Shown piece by piece: positions 7,897-16,900 of a DNA stretch of 40,690 nt (within the stretch, counting starts at the first letter, position 1; every line of letters starts with the position of its first letter). The stretch comes from an uncultured bacterium. Its GTDB lineage: Bacteria; Myxococcota_A; Polyangia; Polyangiales; Houyiibacteriaceae. Under the pieces are notes generated by a model. It was given only the letters and a program-made list of their open reading frames with translations. It did no database searches and was not told where the DNA came from. The translations under genes were made by a program, and so were the position numbers. The stretch is from assembly GCA_937998345.1 (NCBI GenBank), contig CALLDH010000053.1:1-40690 (forward strand). Reading direction: 5' to 3'.

Positions 7897-7929
7897 TTAA
7901 CCCCTTCAAAAAGGGGACTGTCCCCTTTT
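7897..7929. terminator. 33-nt repeated double-hairpin element, copy 1; likely bidirectional intrinsic terminator (tRNA on +, histone-like gene on -)
   Basis: TTAACCCCTTCAAAAAGGGGACTGTCCCCTTTT. The stem AAAAGGGGA/TCCCCTTTT has A/T tracts on both sides. It sits 7 nt beyond the stop of CDS 7937..8458. Confidence 0.7.
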
Positions 7930-7936
7930 TCTGGCG

Positions 7937-8458
7937 TTACTTCTTCGTGGCGGGGGCCTTTTTCTTCGAGGTCTTCGCCTTCAGCTGCTTGGCCGCGCTC
8001 TCGACCTTCTTTTCGAGGTCGGCGATCGCCTTGGTCGCTCGCTTCTTTTGTGCGGCGCTCTTTTTGGTGGCGGTCTTCTTTGCCTTCGTGAGCTTCCGCT
8101 TGATGTCGGTGCTGGTCTTCTTCGCCTTCCGCTTCAGGGACGCCGTTTCTTTTTCGGCGTCCTTCTTGGCTTTGTTGAACTTCCTTTTGACCTGAGCGCT
8201 CGTCTCCGCGGCCTTCTTCTTCAGCGTAGCCGCTTCGGACTTGACCGTCTTCTTTGCGGTACGCTTCTTGGCTGCCTTTTTCGGTGCAGCCTTCTTCTTA
8301 GCGGCCTTCTTCTTAGCCGCCTTCTTTGGCGCGGCCTTCTTCTTGGGCGCTGCGCGCTTCTTGGCGGGCTTCTTGGAAGCCTTCTTTACGGGTTTCTTGG
8401 ACGCCGACTTTTTCGCCGTCCGCTTCTTGGTGGATTTCTTTGTGGCAGCTTTCGCCAT
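7937..8458 (-). CDS. Lys/Ala-rich histone-H1-like basic protein
   Basis: 173-aa ORF. The N-terminal half is KKAAPKKAAKKK-type repeats. The C-terminal half has KRKxxKAKK periodic repeats. A strong in-gene 15-nt DNA periodicity is visible (GCGGCCTTCTTCTTA). Confidence 0.8.
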   Translation of the reverse strand: MAKAATKKSTKKRTAKKSASKKPVKKASKKPAKKRAAPKKKAAPKKAAKKKAAKKKAAPKKAAKKRTAKKTVKSEAATLKKKAAETSAQVKRKFNKAKKDAEKETASLKRKAKKTSTDIKRKLTKAKKTATKKSAAQKKRATKAIADLEKKVESAAKQLKAKTSKKKAPATKK

Positions 8459-8485
8459 AGCACGCTCCGTTGTGAGTAGGCGCGC

Positions 8486-8513
8486 AGTATAGACAAGCGA
8501 AACGGTTTGCGAA
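8486..8513 (-). promoter_or_regulatory. Candidate sigma70-type promoter of the histone-like gene (-35 TTCGCA, 16-nt spacer, -10 TATACT)
   Basis: Minus-strand reading is TTCGCAaaccgtttcgcttgtcTATACT. It lies in a conspicuously AT-rich patch (A7 run at 8514..8520) about 28 nt upstream of the ATG. Confidence 0.4.
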
Positions 8514-8530
8514 CAAAAAAATTCGCGTCC

Positions 8531-10018
8531 CTAGGTGCCCGGTGCGCTTCCACCCTCGTGCGGCATGCGATGCCTGGGACTCTGAAAGTAGTGCATCGGG
8601 GAGTACTGGGTGAGGTTGGTCGCGCGGGACGTGTACAGGCAAGCGTACTGCTCCACTTGATTGCCAAAGCTCGAGACCTCGTTGCCCGCCTTGAAAACCG
8701 AGCCCCAGAAGGGGTGAGACGCATCGTCGAGCACCTCGTGCAGCCCCGCTCGCTCCGCATCGAGGTCCTTGAGCTGAGCCCGCAAGCGGTCGATCGACCG
8801 GCGGTGGCGCACGCGCTTCGCGTCCCAGGTCGCCCTCTCGGGGCCGGATTCGTGGTCGTTCAGCTTGCGTTCGACCTTCTTGAGGCGCGCCTGGTGCTCG
8901 CGGAGCTCGTCCTGCACGGCGTCTCGCATCTGCTCGAGCGAGTGGGCGCGCGCGAAGCTGGGCGAGTACTCGCGCAAAACCCGGAGCTCATCGTCCATCT
9001 CTTGGATGATCATCGCGGTGCGCCAAGTGGATTCCTTCTTGGCTCGAAGCACATCGCCGTAGATGTGGTCCCCCACATAGAGCACCTCGTCGCCGGCGAA
9101 GCCCAGGGCTCGCTGGAGGTCGCCGATGTTGCCTCCGGTGTACATGCGACCGCGTGAGAGGTCCCGGGTCTCCTCCTGTGATTCGACCTCGACGAATGGG
9201 TCTTTGCCAGTGAAAAAGCCAGGTTTTTGGGAGGCACTGCACACGTAGTCAAAATAGTTCTTCCAGCTCGGATACTCGTCGAGCCCGTCGTCCAACAGGT
9301 ACGACATCATCGCGTCGGTGTACTCCGGGCCGGAGTTCGTCACGAGAAACACGCGCTTGCCGGCGCTGCGAAGCTTGTGGAGCAGCTGCCCGAGGTCCGG
9401 GTCACGGTCGACGTAGCGAGGCAGGTCCTCGAGCACCACGTCGAGGATCGAGCCGTCCTGATGGGAGAGGTCGGCGCATTCGCGGACGTCGGAGAAGAGC
9501 TGCCCGTAGTCGAGCGTTCCTCCGTGGGTCTCGAGATGCTCGATGACCGCAGCGTACACCGCCACCTCGGACAGCGAGTACAAGGTGTCGACCCAGTGGT
9601 AACGCCCGGTGCCGGGACGGAGCCGCCGGGTGTGGTATGCCCGGCGGCGCTCTTCCCGAGTGAGCCTCCGGAACCCATGGTAGGCCGTCTTGACGTACCG
9701 GTAGCGGTCCATCTTCAACACGTTGCCGAGCTTCCGATCGATCAACAGCCCCCGGATCGGGAAGTCGGTCCGGTACTGCATCGAGAGGAGCTCTTCGGGG
9801 TAGCCTCGATCGACCAGCTTGCGAACGGTCGCTTCGATGCTGAGCCGATCCATCTCCGCCTGGCGATAGATCGCAAGCGTGTAGTCCATGTCGAAGCCAA
9901 CGGCTTTGACCTGATCGAGCCTCAGATTTCGGTTGCAGTAGACTCTACGCCCGGCGGGTGGCGGAAAGACGCTCCCCGTGGGGGAGTCGAACTCGGGCGC
10001 GGGGAAACGCTCCTGCAA
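8531..10018 (-). CDS. HAD-IG family 5'-nucleotidase (cN-II-like)
   Basis: 495-aa ORF. N-terminus VYCNRNLRLDQVKAVGFDMDYTLAIY carries the DMDYT HAD motif I, typical of the cytosolic purine 5'-nucleotidase family. Later motif YVGDHIYGDVLRAKK. Confidence 0.8.
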   Translation of the reverse strand: MQERFPAPEFDSPTGSVFPPPAGRRVYCNRNLRLDQVKAVGFDMDYTLAIYRQAEMDRLSIEATVRKLVDRGYPEELLSMQYRTDFPIRGLLIDRKLGNVLKMDRYRYVKTAYHGFRRLTREERRRAYHTRRLRPGTGRYHWVDTLYSLSEVAVYAAVIEHLETHGGTLDYGQLFSDVRECADLSHQDGSILDVVLEDLPRYVDRDPDLGQLLHKLRSAGKRVFLVTNSGPEYTDAMMSYLLDDGLDEYPSWKNYFDYVCSASQKPGFFTGKDPFVEVESQEETRDLSRGRMYTGGNIGDLQRALGFAGDEVLYVGDHIYGDVLRAKKESTWRTAMIIQEMDDELRVLREYSPSFARAHSLEQMRDAVQDELREHQARLKKVERKLNDHESGPERATWDAKRVRHRRSIDRLRAQLKDLDAERAGLHEVLDDASHPFWGSVFKAGNEVSSFGNQVEQYACLYTSRATNLTQYSPMHYFQSPRHRMPHEGGSAPGT

Positions 10019-10026
10019 GGAGTCGC

Positions 10027-10287
10027 TCAGTTGTCGGCGGGATAGACGCTGACGCGCTTACCGGTTCGGCCACGTCGCTCGAACGTCACCACGCCGTCCA
10101 CTTTGGCCCACAGCGTGTAGTCCTTGCCCACACCCACGTTTGTGCCGGGGTGGAACGTCTGCCCGACCTGGCGGACCAGGATGCTGCCTGCAGGGACCGC
10201 CTGGCCACCGAAAACCTTGACGCCGCGGTACTGCGGCTTCGAATCCCGGCCGTTACGGGATGAGCCCTGACCTTTCTTGTGTGCCAT
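10027..10287 (-). CDS. rpmA: 50S ribosomal protein L27
   Basis: [29 protein letters not shown]... Confidence 0.97.
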   Translation of the reverse strand: MAHKKGQGSSRNGRDSKPQYRGVKVFGGQAVPAGSILVRQVGQTFHPGTNVGVGKDYTLWAKVDGVVTFERRGRTGKRVSVYPADN

Positions 10288-10296
10288 GGCGCTCCC

Positions 10297-10605
10297 CTAG
10301 CCTTTCACGCTGTCGATGCGGAGCTCGGTGTACGGCTGCCGGTGACCGCGACGGTTCCGGTAGCCCTTCCGGCGCTTCATCTTGAAGACGATGATTTTCT
10401 TGGCGAGGTCCTGCGCTACGATCTCAGCCGTGACTTTGGCTCCACCGACGTGCGGCCTGCCTACTTCGACCTTCTCGCCACCGACCATCAGGACATCGGT
10501 GAACTCCACTTTGGAGCCGACATCGCCCGTTAGTTTTTCGACGCGAATCGTGTCGCCCTCGGCAACCCGATACTGTTTTCCGCCTGTTTGAATGACCGCG
10601 TACAT
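10297..10605 (-). CDS. rplU: 50S ribosomal protein L21
   Basis: [25 protein letters not shown]...[22 protein letters not shown]. Confidence 0.97.
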   Translation of the reverse strand: MYAVIQTGGKQYRVAEGDTIRVEKLTGDVGSKVEFTDVLMVGGEKVEVGRPHVGGAKVTAEIVAQDLAKKIIVFKMKRRKGYRNRRGHRQPYTELRIDSVKG

Positions 10606-10641
10606 GGTGAATCCGTCTGTCCCTGGGATTCAGGGGCGCGT

Positions 10642-10669
10642 AGTCTAAGGGCTCGCGCCCACCCTGCAA
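10642..10669 (-). promoter_or_regulatory. Candidate promoter of rplU-rpmA (-35 TTGCAG, 16-nt spacer, -10 TAGACT)
   Basis: Minus-strand reading is TTGCAGggtgggcgcgagcccTTAGACT, about 36 nt upstream of the rplU ATG. This is sequence pattern only. Confidence 0.3.
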
Positions 10670-10724
10670 GCCAAAACCGAACCCTCTGGACGCCGAAGCA
10701 TGATACTGCGCTAACCCATTAGAA

Positions 10725-12029
10725 TCATGCTGGAAATCTCCCCCGAAGCCCAGGCATCCGGAAGCTCGGACGCTGCGGATCGAGGATCAGGGCGAGGGCT
10801 ACGAGCGAGTACTCGAAGATCTGCACCGAGGGCGGCATCTCCCAGACACCTTGGGCGACCCAGAGGTCGAGTGGCGCGTAGGCACACAGCACCGCCGCGC
10901 TCCAGACCAGGCCGGCGGCGCCGGCGGCGGCGACCTCGAGCGGAAGAAGCCACGCCAGGTACCAGGGATGAACCTGCGGTGACAGGAGCAGGAGCGCCCA
11001 GACGAGCGCACGGGTCGCCTGCAACGGAGGCAGGCGGCGGTACACGGCCAGGGCGCAAAGCGCGAGCAAGGCGGCCGCCACGACCGAGCGGGCGATCAGA
11101 TCAGCAGAATCCGACTCCCATAGTTGCCGGCTCAACTGATCGACCAACGCGAACAGGCTCTCGTTGCCGCGCCAGCGAGTGGCGAACTGTCCTGCACCGG
11201 AGACTGGATCCGTGGGCGCCCGCGACCAGACGATGGGCACGAGCAATAGCGCAGAGCCTAACCCAGTCGCGGCCAAGGCCTTGGGCCGCCGGACGAACAG
11301 CGGGAGAACGACGAGCCCCACCATTTTGAGCCCGACTGCGACGCAGGCGGCGATGCCAGCTTGCAGGAAGCGATGCTGCGCCAGGGCCCAGGCGGTGATG
11401 AGCAACGCAGCACCGCACAGAATGTCGAAATGACCGTTGAGCGCCGCTTCGCTGAGCAGCAAGGGATTGAGCGCCAGCCCGAGAGATGCCTTCGGAAGCG
11501 TGCTGAGGCGTGCGACGACCACGACCGAGAGCACATGGGCGGCCAGGGCCAAGAGCTTGAGCGTCCAGACTTTCCCTCCGAGCCACTGTGCGGCCACGAA
11601 AATGAGCTGCGAAAGCGGTGGGTAGATGGTGGCCAGTGGTTTGTTGTTGATGCGGACCCAGAGGTCGTCGCGAAGCTGCGCCAGCCCCGGATCATCGGGA
11701 GACAGTCGATAGGGGTTGAACCCTTCGAGCCAAAGCCGCCCCTCCCAGAGATAGCGATAGAGGTCGTCTGACAGGAGGGGTGGTGCCAGCAAAAAAGCTC
11801 CGCCGAAGAGCAGCGCCGTCCCGATCGCAAGCCGGTCGAGGACTCGCTTGCGGGTCACGGAACGGGAGAAGTGGATGGCTCCCGCGTATGGAACGAAGCA
11901 CAGTGCCAACCCGGTGACGATCGTGGATGGCGAACCGCCGGACCGTGCGGCCACGGCTACCCCACCGATGATGCATCCTTGTAGGGTCAGGCATAGGGCG
12001 AAGAGCGCACCGTCCCGGCGGACTCTCAT
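10725..12029 (-). CDS. Polytopic GT-C-type membrane glycosyltransferase (DUF2029 / PIG-M-like)
   Basis: ORF 10725..12155 trimmed to ATG 12029, which forms an ATGA overlap with the upstream stop. At least 9 hydrophobic helices. The first loop motif LSDDLYRYLWEGRLWLEGFNPY...TIYPPLSQ is typical of polyprenol-phosphate-sugar-dependent mannosyltransferase-like families. Confidence 0.6.
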   Translation of the reverse strand: MRVRRDGALFALCLTLQGCIIGGVAVAARSGGSPSTIVTGLALCFVPYAGAIHFSRSVTRKRVLDRLAIGTALLFGGAFLLAPPLLSDDLYRYLWEGRLWLEGFNPYRLSPDDPGLAQLRDDLWVRINNKPLATIYPPLSQLIFVAAQWLGGKVWTLKLLALAAHVLSVVVVARLSTLPKASLGLALNPLLLSEAALNGHFDILCGAALLITAWALAQHRFLQAGIAACVAVGLKMVGLVVLPLFVRRPKALAATGLGSALLLVPIVWSRAPTDPVSGAGQFATRWRGNESLFALVDQLSRQLWESDSADLIARSVVAAALLALCALAVYRRLPPLQATRALVWALLLLSPQVHPWYLAWLLPLEVAAAGAAGLVWSAAVLCAYAPLDLWVAQGVWEMPPSVQIFEYSLVALALILDPQRPSFRMPGLRGRFPA

Positions 12030-12667
12030 TGGACGACGAACCGGACGACGCGAATCCGCTCGCCGGGCAGCAAGCTGTGGCGGTACTGACCAGCGATTCG
12101 ACGCCCAACTGCAACCGAGATGGTCACGTTGGTCGGACCGCCGCTGCCGACGCACTCACCCCAATAGTGGACTTCGACCTCGTAGATACCGTCCATCGGG
12201 CGCGTGCCGACCCACCGGATGTTTTCGATCTGCGGGTTCGGCATCTCGCCGACGCATTCGCCTCGTCCGGAGTGATCCACCCGCGCGCCGGAGGGGGTAG
12301 ACAGTCGCTGGAAGCTCAGCGTGTCCCCGAGCGGGCCCGTAACGTACAGATCGATATCTGCACCAGTGTCCCACGATGCGGTGACCTGCATGAGGCCTGT
12401 GCCATACCCACAGCCATCGTCGATCACGCCGTCACAGTCGTCGTCGATCGCGTTGCAAGACTCTTCGACCGGATTGGAGCAATCACGCGGGACCTCCTCC
12501 GCCGTTGCGATGGGCACGATCGACACCAGGGTGGGCGGCTCGACGACGCTCGGGACCTCGTCGGTCTCCGAGACTTCACGAGCCGTCTCGCTCGCGGGTC
12601 CGTCAGCGCCTCTGCCAGAGCAGGCGAGCAACAGCATCAAACAGGTGATGGCGACTCGTCTCGGCAT
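12026..12667 (-). CDS. Lipoprotein with Cys-rich CxxxDDDCDGxxDxGC motif and DUF2135-like beta-sandwich
   Basis: The C-terminal 213 aa of ORF 12026..13441 start at ATG 12667. MPRRVAITCLMLLLACSG has a lipobox. CNAIDDDCDGVIDDGC is a MopE-type motif. ASWDTGADIDLYVTGPLGDTLSF resembles YfaP/DUF2135. Confidence 0.7.
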   Translation of the reverse strand: MPRRVAITCLMLLLACSGRGADGPASETAREVSETDEVPSVVEPPTLVSIVPIATAEEVPRDCSNPVEESCNAIDDDCDGVIDDGCGYGTGLMQVTASWDTGADIDLYVTGPLGDTLSFQRLSTPSGARVDHSGRGECVGEMPNPQIENIRWVGTRPMDGIYEVEVHYWGECVGSGGPTNVTISVAVGRRIAGQYRHSLLPGERIRVVRFVVQ

Positions 12668-12709
12668 CCGGCAGGCACTATAGCCGAGGTAGCGTACAAT
12701 GCGGGGGCG

Positions 12710-13519
12710 ATGATGGAGGCACTCGACCAAGCCAAAGAAGCCATTGGCGATCGGACTGGAAAGGTCGACATCGCCATGGTTCTCGGCTCCGGGCTCGGCG
12801 ACTACGCCGACCGCTTGGAGGGCGCCCAAGCGATCCCGTACGGAGAAATCCCTCACATGCCGCTCTCTAGCGTGCCGGGGCATGCGGGCAACCTCGTCAC
12901 CGGGCAAAAAGCTGGCAAACGGATCATCGCGATGCAGGGACGCGCCCACCTGTACGAAGGCAACTCCCCAGACGAGGTCGCGTTTGGTGTTCGATTGATG
13001 GCAGTTCTCGGCGCCGAGACCTTGATCGTAACCAACGCAGCGGGAGGAATTTCGCCGGCGCTCGAGGAGGGCGACCTGATGGCGATCACGGATCAGCTCA
13101 ACCTCACGGGAGCGAGCAGCCTCGTGGGTGAGAACGACGCACAGCGCGGGCCGCGTTTTCTCGACATGACCGCGGCGTTCGACCCGGCGCTCATCGAAAC
13201 GGCGAGCAGCGTGGCGAACGGCCTGGGGTTCGAGCTCAAGCGTGGTGTCTACGCTGGTTTGCTGGGGCCCGCCTACGAAACCCCTGCCGAGGTTCGCATG
13301 CTCAAGACGCTCGGCGCCGATGCGGTGGGGATGAGCACCGTGCTGGAGGTGCTCGCCGCGCGTCACATGGGGCTTCGCGTTCTTGGAGTCTCTTGTGTCT
13401 CGAACCTCGCCGCCGGAATCTCGAAAGGCCCATTGAGTCACGCAGAAGTGCAGGCGACTGCCGGCCGTGTTCGGTCGCGGTTCGGGTCGCTGCTCTCCGG
13501 CGTGCTGGAGTCGATGTGA
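12710..13519 (+). CDS. Purine nucleoside phosphorylase (trimeric PNP-I family)
   Basis: The C-terminal 269 aa of ORF 12029..13519 start at ATG 12710. Motifs GSGLG, SSVPGHAGNLVTG, MQGRAHLYEG and VGMSTVLE. Confidence 0.9.
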   Translation: MMEALDQAKEAIGDRTGKVDIAMVLGSGLGDYADRLEGAQAIPYGEIPHMPLSSVPGHAGNLVTGQKAGKRIIAMQGRAHLYEGNSPDEVAFGVRLMAVLGAETLIVTNAAGGISPALEEGDLMAITDQLNLTGASSLVGENDAQRGPRFLDMTAAFDPALIETASSVANGLGFELKRGVYAGLLGPAYETPAEVRMLKTLGADAVGMSTVLEVLAARHMGLRVLGVSCVSNLAAGISKGPLSHAEVQATAGRVRSRFGSLLSGVLESM

Positions 13520-13917
13520 TAGACGAAGGAGCCTGGGATGCTTTGAGGCGAGCCGCGATGGACGCTCGCACGAACGCCTACGCCCCGTACTCTGGGTTCA
13601 CGGTGGGGGCGGCCGTCCAAACGAAGAGCGGCGCGGTATTCACGGGCTGCAACGTCGAGAACGCGAGCTACGGCGCCACGATTTGCGCGGAGCGTGCGGC
13701 ATTGGCGGCTGCGGTCGCGGCGGGAGAACGTGAGCTGGTGGCGCTCGTGGTCGCTTCCGGGGCGAAAAGCCCCACCCCACCTTGCGGCATCTGCAGGCAA
13801 TGCCTGGCCGAGCTAACCCCAAGCCTTCCGATCCGGAGCTACACGGGCGGCGCGCGTGCGGAGTACGACCTTTCGTCTCTCCTACCCGACGCCTTTGGTC
13901 GCGATCAGCTCGACTGA
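13516..13917 (+). CDS. cdd: Cytidine deaminase (homotetrameric type)
   Basis: Motifs YAPYSGFTVGAA, CAERAALAAAV and PCGICRQCLAE (zinc ligands). GTG 13516 gives 133 aa and aligns with the length of the B. subtilis Cdd N-terminus. It forms a GTGA overlap with the PNP stop. Confidence 0.88.
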   Translation: MIDEGAWDALRRAAMDARTNAYAPYSGFTVGAAVQTKSGAVFTGCNVENASYGATICAERAALAAAVAAGERELVALVVASGAKSPTPPCGICRQCLAELTPSLPIRSYTGGARAEYDLSSLLPDAFGRDQLD

Positions 13918-13924
13918 TGCGCGT

Positions 13925-16900
13925 TCAGTCGAGGCCCTCGGCGATCCTTTGTAGGTTCCTTTGGACCTCCACCCGGTCGATCGCGTCGCGATCCGCCAGC
14001 TCCAGGTATCGCCCATATTCCACGACGGCGTCCTGGCGCTTCTTCTGTGCGTAGTAGATATCGCCGGTCAACCGGTGGGCATCGGCAACCCAGGCCTTGC
14101 GGTTCGGGTCATCTCCGCCGAGAGAGGTGGCCGTGCCGAGCGACGTCAGCGCCTCCGTGCGACGGCCTTCGTCGAGCTGCAGGCGCCCCAGGCGATACCA
14201 CCAGTACCCACGCTCCGGATCGCCCGCCACAGCCTTCTCGAAGTCCACGATCGCTTCCTTCATCTGGCCAAGCTGGTAGTGGCATTCACCCATGGCTGCC
14301 CATGCATCGACCCGTTCGGGGTTGAGCTCGATGGCCTTGCGAAGGTCGCCGAGGGCATCCCGAACGACGCCGGCGCGGATCCGAATTCGCGCGCGGAGCC
14401 AATAGGCGTCTCCGAGGGTCGGATCGAGCTTCAGCGCGGTGTCGAGCTCACGCAGCGCAGTCGTCATCTCGTTCGACTCGAGCGCCACCCAGGCAACGTA
14501 CATCCGATAGAGACCGCTGTCGGACTCGAGACGAGCCGCGCGAAGGAAGTGCTGCCGCGCAGGCTCCGTCTGACCTCGCTCCAACTCCACGCGGCCGAGA
14601 TAGTGCTCCGCTTCGGCAGAGTATGGTTGAGCCTCGATCACCTCGAGCAACAGCTTCTCTCCCTCCTCGAGCTGACCGGTGATGACCAGCACGGCACCCA
14701 AACGCGACTTCAGCAGGGCATCCTTGGGTGACTCCTCGAGCGCTTCGCGGTAGCTCGCCACCGCGCCGTCCATGTCGCCCGTCGCTTCGGCGAGGCGTCC
14801 CTTCTCGAGCGCAAGAGCCGGGAACTTCGGGTCCAACTCCCGAACCTTCTCGAGTTCCACACCAGCCTCGTCGAGCATGCCATTGCGTCGGTAGGCCACG
14901 GCAAGCCCGAACTGGGACGCTGAATCCTGAGGCTCCATCTCGAGTGCTTGCAAGAACTGTTTGATCCCCGCGTCGACACGGTTGCGCTCGAGCTCAGCCC
15001 AACCCAAGACGCGCCGCACCTCGGCAGTGATCTCGACGTTTTTCTGCGCCTCGACGAGAACACCAACCGCTTCACTGGGGCGCTTCGTCGCCCGGTAATG
15101 CTGGGCGAGCGCCATGTACGCGCGGAATCCCGTCGGCTCGAGCGCGATCGCGTTTCGGAAGTGACGAACAGCCTCTTCGGTGTAACCCAGGCCTTCGTCG
15201 ACCTTCCCCTGCCAGAGCTCGACCTCTGCGCTCACCGGTTCGGGTGTCTTGAGGTCGGCGAGCAATTGTTTGGCTTCGTCCGCCTTGTCCATCGCCAGGA
15301 GCGCCTCGGCAGCGCCAAGCTTGGCATCGACCACGACTCTGGGCTTTCCGGTCACATCGATCTCGGCGCCAGGTCGGACCTCCGACCGGAGCACCGTCTG
15401 GAAACGGGCGTAGGCGTCTGGGTAGTCGCGCTCCAACAGGACGAGTCGCGCCGCCCCGAGGGTCGCGTCGGCGTTACTCGTGTCGAGCTCGATTCCCTTT
15501 TCGTACATCTCACGTGCGGCCCCAAGGCGCCCCCGGTGCTCCTCGATCTGCGCGATGAGGGTGAGGACCGAAGACTTGTCCGCGCGCGCGACTTGTAGAG
15601 TGGCGCCCTCGATCGGTGCAAGGCCCGCGGGGGCTTGAAGAAGCTCGTAGGCCTGGTCGATCTGCCCCTCTTCGATCAGCAGTTCCGCGACCGCGACGCG
15701 CGCGCCGGCGTGATTCGGGCTGAGCTTCTGAGTCGCCTTGGCCGCGGCGGCGGCCTGGTCGTGGGCCCCGAGCAGGCGGTAGCCACGGGCAAGGCCCCAT
15801 TGCGCGCGAGCACTGTCGTGTTTCTTCATGGCGCGGTCGAACGCGTCGACCGCTGCTTGTCCATCACGGCCTCTGAGCGCGGTCTCCCCGGCCACCAAGT
15901 CCACGTAGACGTCCGTCGGTTCCTCTTGCACAGCGAGCGCAATCTCTGAGGTCGCGACGACCGTGTCGGCGTTGCGGAGCGCATCCGCCGCGAGCGCGAC
16001 ATGAATGCGTGGCGCATCGTCACCCCGGCGCTGCAAGTGCACGCGGAGCACATCGGCGGTGGCGGCGCTCTCGGCGTCTTGTCCGTAGCGCACCTGATAG
16101 TACGACTCATGCAGGAGGCTCCTCGCTATCAGCGAGCGATTCAGACTCGCCCCGCGTCGCTCAACCTCGAGCCTCGTTAGCGCCTGCCGCGTCGCCCCGT
16201 AGGTATCTGCAGCCGCGATGATTTCGGCGTCTTCGATCGCCTGCGCGACGAGCACTGCGTCGCCCGAGGCGGGGAGGAACGGCTCCACCAGGTGAATCCC
16301 AAAGAGGCCGTATTGGGTGGTGCCGAGATAGAAGCCGGCACCGAGTACCGCGGCGATGGCCGCGACGACCGCCGCCGCCTTCATCAGCCATGGTGGGCGT
16401 TTGATCTTGAGCCCTTGGACTTTGACCTTGCCCTCGGACGGGGTGAACACGTTCGGCCCGGCTCCACCGGGGTTGGGCATGCGGTGCACGCCGTCTTCGC
16501 CCTCACCCGGAAGCCCCGAAAACTCCAGCTCGTCTGATTCGGGCAGCTTGAGCTCGGCCGAATCGCGGCTGATACGGTCTGGGCTGGGCATCTCACCCGG
16601 CGGCCCTCCGCCTGGCGCTCCGAAAGGCTGGCCAAGGGGCGGTGGGGGTCCTGGGGCCCTTGGAGGCGCGTCGAGCTCGAGGTCGAGGTCCACGCCGTCG
16701 GGGAGATCCAGCTCGATCGGTCCGCCGCCATGAACCCGCTCTGGACCGTCGAGGTCGAGGTCCATGAAGTCGTCGCGGGCGATCGGCAGATCCTTCTGAT
16801 CGAACGGCATGGGCAGCTCGGAGTCGAGCGAGATAGGTGCTGGAACCGCAGACCCCGCCCTTGGCGTGGGTAGATCAGCGTCGGTCAGGGCCATCGGCAG

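Noticed and set aside
6936-8195. A 419-aa plus-strand ORF spanning the PDZ-membrane gene, the tRNA and the histone-like gene.
   Set aside because: It runs antisense through two well-supported genes and straight across a tRNA. Its product is low-complexity (Arg/Ala-rich, then a Phe/Leu/Ala repeat mirroring the Lys codons). This is the typical stop-poor antisense frame of GC-rich DNA.
7728-8530. A genomic island or prophage integrated at the tRNA-Ala.
   Set aside because: There is no integrase, no direct repeat of the tRNA 3' end and no phage or mobility genes. The only gene before core genes resume is the histone-like protein.
9227-10045. A 272-aa plus-strand ORF antisense to the 5'-nucleotidase.
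   Set aside because: It is a shadow ORF. The minus-strand frame has the DMDYT HAD motif and family-typical sequence throughout.
12029-13441. The N-terminal extensions of the track ORFs 12029..13519 (+) and 12026..13441 (-), which overlap each other for about 1.4 kb.
   Set aside because: Only the C-terminal 269 aa of the plus ORF is PNP-like. Only the C-terminal 213 aa of the minus ORF looks real, starting with a lipoprotein signal peptide. Trimming to ATG 12710 and ATG 12667 removes the mutual overlap.
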